From contig OZ024741.1 of NCBI GenBank assembly GCA_964016885.1, forward strand, positions 68,758,001-68,822,000: a DNA stretch of 64,000 nt, read 5' to 3'. Shown here piece by piece: positions 26,520 to 37,801 of this stretch. Numbering within the stretch: position 1 is the stretch's first letter; each line of letters opens with the position of its first letter. The notes under the pieces were generated by a model that did no database searches, was not told the DNA's origin, and saw nothing but the letters and a program-made list of their open reading frames with translations. This DNA comes from Eledone cirrhosa. Its lineage: Eukaryota. The position numbers were made by a program, and so were the translations under genes.

Positions 26520-27422
26520 TCTATATATATAAAACTGAGGATGTCTGTCTGTGTGTGTGAGTTTAAATCCCTAAAACTAGAGAAACACTCCACCGACTCT
26601 TTTCAAATTTTACACATGTAATACTTATGTTTCAGGGAATGTTCTGAGCAAAAGAAAATTCAAATTTTCAATGCCCTAGGGACAGCATTAGGCGATTTAG
26701 CGATCTCTGTCTATAATTATTAGTCTTTCTCTTTTTAAATAGATACATACATATAACGTCGCGCCCTTATAATATCTGTCTGCATTACGTCACTTCCCTG
26801 AGGATGTCTGTGTGTGTGTGTGTCTGTGAGTTTGAATCCCTAAAACTCGAGAAGTACCCAACCGATTTTTTTCAAACTTTACATGTGTATTACTTATGTT
26901 TCAGGGAGTATTATGCACCTAAAAATGCATCTTTTTGATCTCCTAGCGCCCGCATTAGGTGAAAAACTGGGGTTTTTTAAGCTTTTTATGGGTTTTTTTA
27001 GGCGTTATCTCAGACCGATTTCCTTGAAATTGTAACTATGTATTAGTCAGTCTCTTCTTCATACCGTGGGTAAAGAAAATACAACTTTTTTATGGCCTAG
27101 GGCCCGCATTAGGAGAAAAACTTCATTTTTTTCAGCTTTTAGGGCTTTTTTGAGGCGTTACGTCTAACCGATTTTCCCGAAATTTCAACGCATATTATGC
27201 ACATAAAAAAAAATTATTTTCTTGATCCCCTAGATCATTAGGTGAAAACCTGCATTTTTCCTGCTTCGTCGAGGAAAATCTTAAAGATTATCCAGCCATC
27301 AGAGTATTCGGTTTATTTTCTTTACATATTGTCCAGGAAATGCAGTTTTTCCACGATTAGGTCTGTTGGCAGCCCGCGTTCCAAAATACCTTATCCCGTG
27401 CAACGCCGGGTACCACTGCTAG
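26520..27422 (+). mobile_element. Non-autonomous Helitron
   Basis: A|TC(TATATATATAAAA) 5' end, GTCT/GT microsatellite, internal subrepeats, 3' hairpin CCCGTGCAACGCCGGG then CTAG|T. Confidence 0.88.
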
Positions 27423-27449
27423 TATTTAATAAAAACACCATGTTTTTTA

Positions 27450-27486
27450 TTCATTCTGACGATTGAAGAAACCATTGGTAAATGAA
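27450..27486 (+). ncRNA. Minimal 37-nt hammerhead ribozyme
   Basis: TTCATT-CTGACGA-TTGAA-GAAA-CC att GG-TA-AATGAA. Confidence 0.7.
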
Positions 27487-27519
27487 ATAATTATCTTATG
27501 TTGTTTATTACATAACTAT

Positions 27520-27953
27520 ATTATTATAGTTTAGATTGAAGTGGTGGTGGTGGTGGTGGTGGTGGTGCTGACGATATACCGGAAGTGCAACTTTGAAAAG
27601 AAGTCAATTTGAAATTATTTATTTTTACGAAATTATTTTTGTTTCCGAAATTGAGTAGATAAATTATGTAATCATTCATTATTGGCAGTATCGGTAGAGG
27701 GTCGGACGCCATGCTTTCCAGCATAGTTACGTCCCTTTGCGGTCTGAGTTCAAATCCCGCCGAGGTTAACTTTGCCTTTCATCCTTACGGGGTCGATAAA
27801 ATAAAGTACCAGTAATGTGCTGGGTGATTGCTGGCCTTGTGCCAAAAGTAGAAACAATTATTTACTCAAAGTAATCCAACTTATTTTACAAACGGAATTT
27901 AAAAAAATATATTCTGGACGCAATCGCGCACGCCTTACTTTATTATAGTTTTG

Positions 27954-27955
<2 letters not shown>
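27520..27955 (-). mobile_element. Isolated Helitron 5' segment containing a SINE (27681-27862, +)
   Basis: Reverse homologue of 10591-10838. Confidence 0.75.
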
Positions 27956-27987
<32 letters not shown>

Positions 27988-28090
27988 TTGCGTGTGTGTG
28001 TGTGTGTGTGTGTGTTTATGGTCATTTATTATGGCTATTGGTGAGATTTTTACCTCTAAAGTTTAACTTGCGCACTAATAAGATCACTGG

Positions 28091-28135
28091 TCATGCCTGA
28101 TGATCCTGTGAATTCACAGGTGAAACTCGATAGTA
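28091..28135 (+). ncRNA. Hammerhead core truncated by a SINE
   Basis: CTGATGA-tCCTGTG aatt CACAGGt-GAAAC. No 3' strand for stem I. Confidence 0.5.
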
Positions 28136-28137
28136 AC

Positions 28138-28320
28138 GAGGCGGATTGGCAGTATCGTTAGAGAGTCGCCATGCTTCCCAGCATAGTTACGTCCCTTTAG
28201 GTCTGAGTTCAAATCCCGCCGAGGCCAGCTTTGCCTTTCATCCTTACGGGGTCGATAAAATAAAGTACCAGTAATGTACTGGTAATTGCTGGCCTTGTGC
28301 CAAAAGTAGAAACAATTATT
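28138..28320 (+). mobile_element. tRNA-derived SINE (Octopus OR/OK-like); other copies 27681-27862, 33280-33458 (-), 41212-41390, 52073-52280, 52307-52520, partial 12706-12792 (-)
   Basis: A-box TGGCAGTATCGG, B-box GAGTTCAAATCC and conserved TTTGCCTTTCATCCTTACGGGGTCGATAAAATAAAGTACCAG. Confidence 0.85.
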
Positions 28321-29383
28321 TAGCCATTATAAATGAATATTCAAACTCTACTTCTTCGGTATTGAGTTCCCATGCTTACGTCCGTTAATAATTCACGTAC
28401 CGCCACATGTTGAATATACGCCTCCTCCCCCTCCTCCTTATATACCGTGTTTGCCGGACTATATTTTACACTGTTTTAACGTTTATAGGCATTTTTATGG
28501 ACCACATCAAATATTCGCAGTTTTTCACTGCTCTAGGAACGTAACCCCCGCAAAAACCGGGTGTACAACTGTAATCATTTACGTATTCGCGGTTACCAAC
28601 AAAACATTAACAAAAGACCAAGATAGAGAGAAAGGAGAAATATGGCAGCCAATAAGACGGAGGAATAAATACCGCGATTTTAAGCAGGCCGTACATTTCC
28701 CTCACTTACAACACACGCACACATATACCTACCAACGTACACGAACGTACATACACAAGTTCAAATACGCAAGGACACACACTCACACACACATACACAT
28801 ACTTACACATATATACATACATACATACATACATACATAGATACATACATACATACATCGACATAGAGCAAATCTGATACAGTACATCAACAACTGAAGT
28901 TTATTGTTTCCTGTTGGTCTATATGTAACACACGTCAGCTTGTGCTAAGTATTTTAAATGTCGATGTTTTTCTGAGATAAACTCAACTCCCATGTTACTA
29001 AAACGTAAACCCAAAACAGTTGTGAATCGAAATCCAATCTTTCAATAAGGTAACATTTTTTGCTGATATTATTTTAATTAAAATCTCTCGGGTTGATAAA
29101 GTCAACACCAGTAATGTAATGTGATGTATTGTGGTTGATTTAGTGGGCTTCATCCCTTTGTTTTCAATCTTCTTTATCGATATATGAGGCAATCAGAATT
29201 GTGCATGGTATAAATGGGTCATGAATTTTATTTGATGTAAAACTTTAAGGTTCTTTTAACAAATATCTAAGATTAAATAGAAGTACATACTTATAATCAA
29301 ATTATTGGTAGGAGCCTTATAACTATATATATATATACATATATTTATGTATACACATTATCTATCTGTCTATCTATTATATA

Positions 29384-32300
29384 CTAGCAGTGGTACCCGG
29401 CGTTGCACGGGATAAGATATTTTGGAACGCGGGCCGCCAATAGACCTAATCGTGGAAAAACTGCATGCCTGGACAATATGTAAAGAAAATAAACCGAATA
29501 CTCTGATGGCTGGATAATCTTTAAGATTTTCCTCGATGAAGGAGGGAAAATGCAGGTTTTCACCTAATGCGGGCCCTAGGGGATCAAGAAAAGGAATTTT
29601 TTTATGTGCATAATATGCGTTGAAATTTCAGGAAAATCGGCTCGACGTAACGCCTCCAAAAAGCCCTAAAAAGCTGAAAAAATGAAGTTTTTCTCCTAAT
29701 GCGGGCCCTAGGCCATAAGAAAGTTAGATTTTCTTTGCTTACGGTATGAAGAAAAGACTGACTAATACATAGTTACAATTTCAAAGAAATCAGTCTGACG
29801 TAACGCCTCAAAAAACCCCTAGAAATGTTTTTAAAATGCAGTTTTTCACCTGATGCAGGCCCTAGGAGATAAAAAAAAAAGTTGAATATTTTTATGTGCA
29901 AAACACTCCCTGAAACATAAGTAATACACATGTAAAGTTTGAAAAAAATCGGTTGGGTACTTCTCGAGCTTTAGGGATTCAAACTCACAGACACACACAC
30001 AGACATCAGAAGGGAAGTGACGAAATGCAGACAGACAGATATTATCAGGGCGCGACGTTATAAATATGTATCTATCTAAAAAGAGAAAGACTAAGAATTA
30101 TAGAACGAGATCGCTAAATCGCCTAATGCGGTCCCTAGAACATTGGAAATTTGAATTTTTTTTGGCTCAGAACACTGTCTGAGACATAAGTATTACTTGT
30201 GTAAAGTTTGAAAACAGTCGGTTTGGTGCTTCTCTACAATACTAAGCGGTAAAATAGTAACTTTTGTTCTCGTAAAGGCACGTAAGTAAACAAACTGAAG
30301 CTATACAGCGAGACAGATATTATAAGGGTGCGACGTTATATGTATGTATCTGTAGCGGTTGTCTCCCTTGTTTTGATTGGGATCTAGACGGGAGGTGGAG
30401 CCCTTTCTGCAACTTCCGGTCAGAGCCCTATAAAACTAACAACGTTAAGCTTCCTTTCTCTCTCTTTGCCTTTTCGGCACCAGGTCGAAGAGCCTCTCAT
30501 TTGGCTCTGCCATTAATTTGGCCAGCAGGCGCCTGGCCTTAGCCAGGCGCCCTCTGCCAGCCGCGTTTGCCTGGCAATCAAAACGGTAACTACTAACTTT
30601 GTTTCATTCTAACATCTATCTTTGACATGTCAAGTATTCTATCTACCGTTAATTAAATATTATATACACAAACAATGTCTCGTTTTGTTACATTCATACA
30701 ACCTCAGTAATCTCGCTATATTGGTAGCCCTGACGTGATACGAACACGCAGCCGTTCATCGCTATAAGGATCACCCCCCCCAAAAAAAAGAAAAAAATAG
30801 CACATCTGGTTTTGTGAGTAACATTACGAATACACAGCAAATTTAGCGACAAACTATGAAAATACTCAAGGACACGCACACACGCACATGTGGAATTCGC
30901 ACAGACATACTTTTTCTCTCACGCATCAATTAACTGTCGCATTTCACCAATATATATATATATGTTTCTCGTTTCTTACAACGAACACTTTCAAAACAAA
31001 AAAAACATTTCGCGATATATATATATGTTTCTCGTTTCTTACAACGAACTCTTTCAAAACACAAAAAAAAAAAAGAAATTTGATATTCTTTAAAAAACAT
31101 TTCAACAGGAACATTTATTTTCGATGAACCATTGCCTTTTGTTCTTCGTTTTCTTCATCGTTCAAGTTTTTTGTTTTTTTTCCAAAGTTCACACCTATAA
31201 TTATGCTGATTGAAGCCTTTCTTTTTCATCATTGTCACTTTCAAAATTGCACTATCATTTTCTCGTGCGTTAGAAATATTTTATTTTCAACCTTGTATTG
31301 GCACGTGTAGGCAGCACAAATTCTCGATTCACTGAGATGTCTCCCCAAGGATTCTTCAGCCTTAAGCTATATTCTTCTATTTGCCGGTTTATAAATTTAC
31401 AATGTAAATTTACCGTTGATAACCGCGCATTTATTAAGAATGCTTATTTCTCTGGTCGCTGGCCTCTTGACCCTTCCAGGTCAACGCATTCTCAACATCG
31501 ACCATCAACTTCGGCTGCTATTTCTAGCACTTTGCGCAACTCACTTTTTCTAAAAAAAAAAAGATTTTTTACTGTGAATTTAAACACCGAATACGCTCAC
31601 TCAGCGAGACAACAGCAGCGGCAACAGCAATATAACAGCAACAGCAATACATCAACACAGCTTCACCAAAGCCAGAGAATTTATTTTTGCAGCACTCTTC
31701 CTGTGAGAAAATCCATTCGGAGGTTGGAAATTTCACGATATACCACAGAACAGAAACCACCTGCATTCATTCTCTGGAACACACTTTCTTTCCAGCTGTC
31801 ATGTGATTGCACACCTGTGAACTATATTTTGAACTTTGAGCTCTTCTATTACTTTTACTTTATTACATTGTATCTTTGGGTGATGGATAGATGGATGTCC
31901 AGTCGTTCTCTGGCCAAGAGCGGTTGGCTACCTTGATATCTATCATTGATTTTTCCAAACATTCTTTTGTCGTAATTTTCATGCCTGTTACAACATTCTC
32001 GCCAACTTGCTACATATTTTCATTTCGATTTTTATACACTAAAATTCTGGCGGGAGGTTATGTAGCGGTTGTCTCCCTTGTTTTGATTGGGATCTAGACG
32101 GGAGGTGGAGCCCTTTCTGCAACTTCCGGTCAGAGCCCTATAAAACTAACAACGTTAAGCTTCCTTTCTCTCTCTTTGCCTTTTCGGCACCAGGTCGAAG
32201 AGCCTCTCATTTGGCTCTGCCATTAATTTGGCCAACAGGCGCCTGGCCTTAGCCAGGCGCCCTCTGCCAGCCGCGTTTGCCTGGCAATCAAAACGGTAAC

Positions 32301-32646
32301 TACTAACTTTGTTTCATTCTAACATCTATCTTTGACATGTCAAGTATTCTATCTACCGTTAATTAAATATTATATACACAAACAATGTCTCGTTTTGTTA
32401 CATTCATACAACCTCAGTAATCTCGCTATATATCTATCTAAAAAGAGAAAGACTAAGAATTATAGAGCGAGATCGCTAAATCGTCTAATGTGGTCCCTAG
32501 GGTAAACAATTTTTTGCTCAGGACACTCCCTGAAACATAAGTATTATATGTGTAAAGTTTGAAAACAGTTGGTTGGGTGGTTCTCGAGTTTTAGGGATTC
32601 GAACTCACACACACACAGACAGACATCCTCAGTTTTAATATATAGA
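29384..32646 (-). mobile_element. Non-autonomous Helitron (same family as 26520-27422) interrupted by an LTR element
   Basis: CTAG and hairpin at 29384-29410, 5' end near 32646, colinear homology on both sides of the insertion. Confidence 0.85.
30351..32430 (+). mobile_element. Young non-autonomous LTR retrotransposon (TRIM-like)
   Basis: 370-bp LTRs at 30351-30720 and 32061-32430 with one difference seen. PBS TGGTAGCCCTGACGTGAT (tRNA-Trp-like), PPT GGCGGGAGG, 4-bp TSD TATC, no gag/pol motifs inside. Confidence 0.93.
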
Positions 32647-32931
32647 GATAAATATACACACACACAGATATATATATATGTTTATCGTGATTTCGTGGGC
32701 TGATATTCCGATTCTCGATTATTCTACTATATGAAAGTTATAGAAAGTATTGTAGCAAGAAGCCAACAGTATTCCATAATATATAAATGACTATAGCGTC
32801 AAAATGGGAAAATAGTTAACGTAAGATGTGGGAAAAATAATTCAAACTCAATTCAAAAAGAATCAGGATATAGACTTATCCAACAGAATTTAGTGAAATC
32901 CAGAGAAAAATCAATAGAGCCTTAACTCATG

Positions 32932-32967
<36 letters not shown>

Positions 32968-32979
32968 CATGAGTTAAGG

Positions 32980-33054
<75 letters not shown>

Positions 33055-33759
33055 TAAATTATTTTTTTAAAGAACAACGTAGCACGAACCCCAAAAAAAC
33101 ATTTGTTTTTAACCATAAGAAGTATGTGTTGTTCGATGTAAAAACGGTAAAATGTTATGGCATATGAAAGGTGAATGGGTGTAAAAGTCTGATGTTGATA
33201 CGGTGAAGCTCCAAACGCAAACTATGCCACAAGGATGTCAGCAGCCCAAAAGTGAGTCACATGGAATTTATGACAATAATTGTTTCTACGTTTGGCACAA
33301 GGCCAGCAATTACTCAGTGCATTACTGGTACTTTATTTTATCGACCCCGTAAGGATGAAAGGCAAAGTTAACCTCGGCAGGATTTGAACACAGAATGGCA
33401 AGGGCCATAACTATACGTCAAAGCACGGCGTCCAACCCTCTACCGATACTGCCAATTCACCAATAATGTGGGATGACGGAAATAATGTATGACGACTTTG
33501 AGTGAAAGGTACAAATGAGGGGGGTGTCATACATTTGCTACACTAGAAACATGTAAATGTTTCGTTATTCATTGCGTATATGTAGGCATTGCAATGATTT
33601 ATGTAGTTTGAAATGCTTACCATTCTGTATAGTTGTGGCTGCCAATAGAAACTGTGACGTTGCTTTCCTTAGACTGATTGCAGTGACATACACCAAGCAT
33701 GAAGGACGCTCAAAATTCCTCAACCCAAATTCTGCACCAACCTCGATTGCAAAAGTAAC

Positions 33760-34140
33760 AGAGAATAACGAATAGCGATTATTACGCCAAAAGAAAAATG
33801 CTGAAGCAACTTTTATTGCACGAGATGCAGAAAACGAAACACAGCGTTCGATGCGACAGCAAATAAATGCTGAGGCAACTACTGCTGCTTGAGGTGCAGA
33901 AAGCGATTCTCAACCCTCACTGCGACATAAAGCAAATATTGAGACAACGTCTATTGTAGGAGATGCAGAGAACGAACCACAGCGTTCATTACGGCGACAT
34001 AGAAATGCTGAGGCAATTACCGCAGCTTGAGCTGCATCAACCGAAACACAGCGTCAACTGCGGCAACAAAGAAATGTGAGTCAACGTCTGCTGTTTGAGC
34101 TGTATCAACCGAAACACGGCGTCAACTGCGGCAGCAAAGA
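33760..34140 (+). pseudogene. Degenerate 69-bp (23-aa) tandem repeat, STPR-like, probably a Helitron N-terminal relic
   Basis: Units start near 33821, 33890, 33959, 34028 and 34096, translating as AENETQRSMRQQINAEATTAA / AENEPQRSLRRHRNAEAITAA, with in-frame TGA stops. Confidence 0.6.
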
Positions 34141-34369
34141 CATGTTAATCAATGTCTACTGCACGCGCTGGCGAATCTATGGAAAACTGGCTCAACCAAC
34201 CAGGGAGGAACGTGCATTTCAATACCGTGCAACTCAAAGTGGTCACAACGTTTACTGTCGAAAATGTATGGTGTTATGAATTTCAAAAAGGCAGTATGTC
34301 TACAATTTAGTAATTATTGAAAGCAGCGAAGTATTGATTGTTAGAAGATGGTTTGTGTCGCAGTGTTGA

Positions 34370-35590
34370 TTACAGAACTTCTTGGTACACAGTGTTTGTG
34401 GTTTTACCGTTTGGAGCAAATGCATAAAGGTTTCTTTTGCTTCCCACTCTGGAACATCCAACATATAGCTGACCGTGCGAAAAGCATGGCTCTTCTAGGT
34501 TTATTCCCGCGACGGACAATGTTTGCCCCTGAGACTTATTTATCGTCATAGCGAAACTACAACGAACTGGAAACTGGAGCCTCCTAAATAAAAAGGGGAT
34601 CTCTGATGTTGATGGACAAAGGGGAATCCTTGGGATAAAAACATTTTCCTCCTTTCCACACCCCGAAAGAATCGTCACCTCGATCAAGTTTTGCGTTAGT
34701 TTATTTACTGTAAGGCAGGTGCCGTTGCAGAGTTTTGATGGGTGTAGATTCCTCAAAAGCATAATTGGGCATCCTTGCTTAAGTTCCAATCGATGAGATG
34801 GCAACCCGGAGGGGTTCAATGAGTTAAGAAACTCAATTGTGTAGTTAATGGGGTCTGTGACTGTATCAATGGACTTGTATGTACACGAAGCTGTAGGAAG
34901 AGACTTAAGCAGTTGTCCGGTGATTTTGTCAACAGTCTCATTTTTCGGAGCCAGTATTGCCCTTTCGCACAGCCAGTTTGGATTTTGGTAGTTAGTGCTC
35001 AACTCAGGAAATACTGCATCTGTCAAGTCGTCAGCACTGTCGACTAAAGTGCAGACCGGTTCGAGGGAGATTTTTTTATCTTCATCAAGTGGCACTTTGC
35101 CGTTCCCAAGTGTCAATAGGTTGGTAGCAAAATCTGATGACACTTGGTCACCAAGCATCCGAACTCTCATGTTCGTAGAGAGCATTACTGTTGTGACATA
35201 ACGCCAAAGCGGAGAAGACTTTACGCATGCTCGAATAGCATCAGCCCTTGTTCGTTTGGGAATAACAGGGAGGGTTTGTCTAAAATCTCCGGATAAAAGG
35301 ACAGTCACGCTTCCCATGGGATCCTGGGAGTCTCTTATGTCTCTTAAAGTCCGGTCAAGTGCCTTCAAAGCTCCTTTATGAGCCATGGCACATTCGTCCC
35401 AAACTATAAGTTCACACCTTTTAAGCAGTTCTGTCTTTTCTGATCCTTTGGTAATATTACAGCAGGGTGTGTCATTTGCTGTCATATTGAGGGGGAGTTT
35501 GAAGGCTGAATGTGCTGTCCTGCTCCCAGGAAGCAAGGTTGCTGCAATACCGGAAGACGCAACAGCAAGTGCTATGTGTGCGTGTGCTGT
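34370..35590 (-). pseudogene. Helitron PIF1-like helicase C-terminal fragment; the element probably extends to about 36170
   Basis: AVASSGIAATLL, IVWDEC, GDFRQTLPV, LCERAILAPKN, IMLLRNL..LCNGT, RRLQFPVRCSFAMTINKSQGQTL, HGQLYVGCSRV. Walker A and Rep are missing. Confidence 0.92.
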
Positions 35591-35689
35591 CGAACCTTGG
35601 CAAGGAGAAGCCGTATGACAAAAGCCTTCCCTTATATACATATAAATACGGAAAATGGACGTTAAACAATGATGATGATGATGATGATG

Positions 35690-35723
<34 letters not shown>

Positions 35724-36162
35724 TCACGCACGCATGTGTGCACGTACACACGTTAATAGATTTAACTCTTGCTGGAACGCTGCACGAACACACACACACA
35801 CACGCACACATGTTAATTAATTATAGCTTTCCTTCCCCTCTTCCACTGTCATGTATCAAACACAGCATCTGTCGCTCTCTCTCTCCCGCTATCCCCCTCT
35901 TTTAGTCTGTCTGTTTCTTTCACTCTCACTCTTTCTTTTTAATTTTTATAGATATAGAGATTTTTTTCTGTGCAAAGTCGTACCTATAGTCAGTTTTATC
36001 GATTTTTTACCTGTAAAAGGGGGAGTCAATCATTCGCAATATCGTGCCGACCTTCCCTGAATTTGTGGTTGATTATAAAAATAATTTTGAAAATCAGCCT
36101 TGCGGATCAAAAGTTGCTGCGGAACAGACACACACACACACAGACAGACAGACATTTTCATT

Positions 36163-36222
<60 letters not shown>

Positions 36223-36226
<4 letters not shown>

Positions 36227-37074
36227 GTGCGGACGATATTTGTTCGCAAGATCACTGTCTAGGAAAAGATAACACAGTAGTTTTATTTTTAAGATATATT
36301 TATCAAACTTGGGTCAGTTTGTCTTCATGACTTGTTCTTTCGATCTCACTCGATAAACCCGCCATTGGCTTTGAGGACGGCCTCAAGGTGGCCTCGGAAC
36401 TGGCTACAGGCATTCGTCACTGTTCCCCGACTTAGGCCCCTAAAGGCACTTGTGATCCTGGCCTTCAGATCGTCTTTCGTATTGCAGCTAGATCTGTTGG
36501 TGCCCCACACAAAGAAGTCGAGGGGGTTGCAGTCAGGCGAGCTGGGAGGCCAGATGTCAGATGAAGTCTGGTCGACGAAGTTCTCTGACAGCCAGGCTTG
36601 GGTCTTTCGGCTGGTATGGCAGGGCGCTGAGTCTTTCTGCCACACGTACGGCCTACCTGCAGCTACCTCGCTCCGAACGCGGATGCAGCCATCGGTGTTC
36701 AGCTTGAGGCCCTCAGGGAAGAAGTGAGGTGGCATGACGTCACCTTGACTACTGACGAACCTAAGACCAATGTTGTTGCTGGAAACTTTGTCTGCATGAC
36801 TCTGGGCGCATCTTTGGATGAGACAGCGAGCCACCTGTTGTTCTGAGTGTTGATCTTCTGGTCTTATTTGTCCTCCCGGCGCGGATTCCAAGAAGAACTC
36901 TGTGTCTCTTCCACAAATTTGGAGGTTCAAAATTATTCATAATCAATTATTCTGAAAATAAATAATTGAAATATAGTCACTGTTTTTATGAAGACAAGAG
37001 TGACAACGGAAGTAAAAAAAAATTTGCATAAAATTAGCAGTTGAAAATTGCGAACAAATATCGTCCTCAGCCTG
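36223..37074 (-). mobile_element. Deleted Tc1/mariner-superfamily transposon
   Basis: TIRs CAG..TG.GGACGATATTTGTTCGCAA in (TA)n. Transposase motifs WQKDSAPCHTS and WPPSSPDCNPLDFFVWG. Confidence 0.88.
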
Positions 37075-37094
37075 TATATATATATATATATATA

Positions 37095-37171
37095 CAGGGC
37101 TTCCAAAATAATACGTACACATATTTGTTAGAATGCTGTTGAAGTGTATATACATTTTGGGGGACACCCTG
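37095..37171. mobile_element. Tiny Tc1-like MITE
   Basis: CAGGG...CCCTG imperfect inverted ends flanked by TA. Confidence 0.55.
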
Positions 37172-37442
37172 TATATATATATATATAAATGAAGTAATTC
37201 CGTCGGAAATATATATATATATAAGAAAAACGATGAAGTTTCGTTTACATGTGTTTAGTGTTTTATTGTGTATCGACCTGTTACGCACGTTTCGCAGAAG
37301 ATTGACTCAGGGGTTCATTATCGACCTGCTCATCCAACAAAAAGTGAATACATGCAAACAAAACTTCATCGTTTTCTTAATATATATACTCTGCCTGTGC
37401 ATCGAATGCTTGTTTTTGGTTCCACCACCAGTAATTCACTGA

Positions 37443-37481
<39 letters not shown>

Positions 37482-37759
37482 CCTGATTAGTTCTTCCGTT
37501 GTTTTGGTATTGTATGGTTGGGTTTTTGGGTTTTGCCTACCGCAATTTTCAATTTGTCAAGCTATTTAAACATAATGTTATTACTCTAAGGACCTACCCT
37601 TATTGAGTGCTTTGCTACTCATTCCGTATTGTAGGTCGACTTTGCTTGGCCACAGCCAAAGCTTCGATTTTACTAAGCTTCCACTTGTGTGTATATATAT
37701 ATATATATATATATAGCTCGATTCTTTGCTGAAACTTTAATCTGTTATTTTAATTAATA

Positions 37760-37796
<37 letters not shown>

Positions 37797-37801
37797 GTAT
37801 G

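Noticed and set aside
27681-27765. tRNA gene
   Set aside because: A and B boxes belong to a multi-copy SINE head; no complete cloverleaf.
34370-35749. Host PIF1 gene with a poly-His N-terminus
   Set aside because: The N-terminus is microsatellite plus a LINE (GAT)n tail read backwards; the helicase lacks Walker A and is Helitron type.
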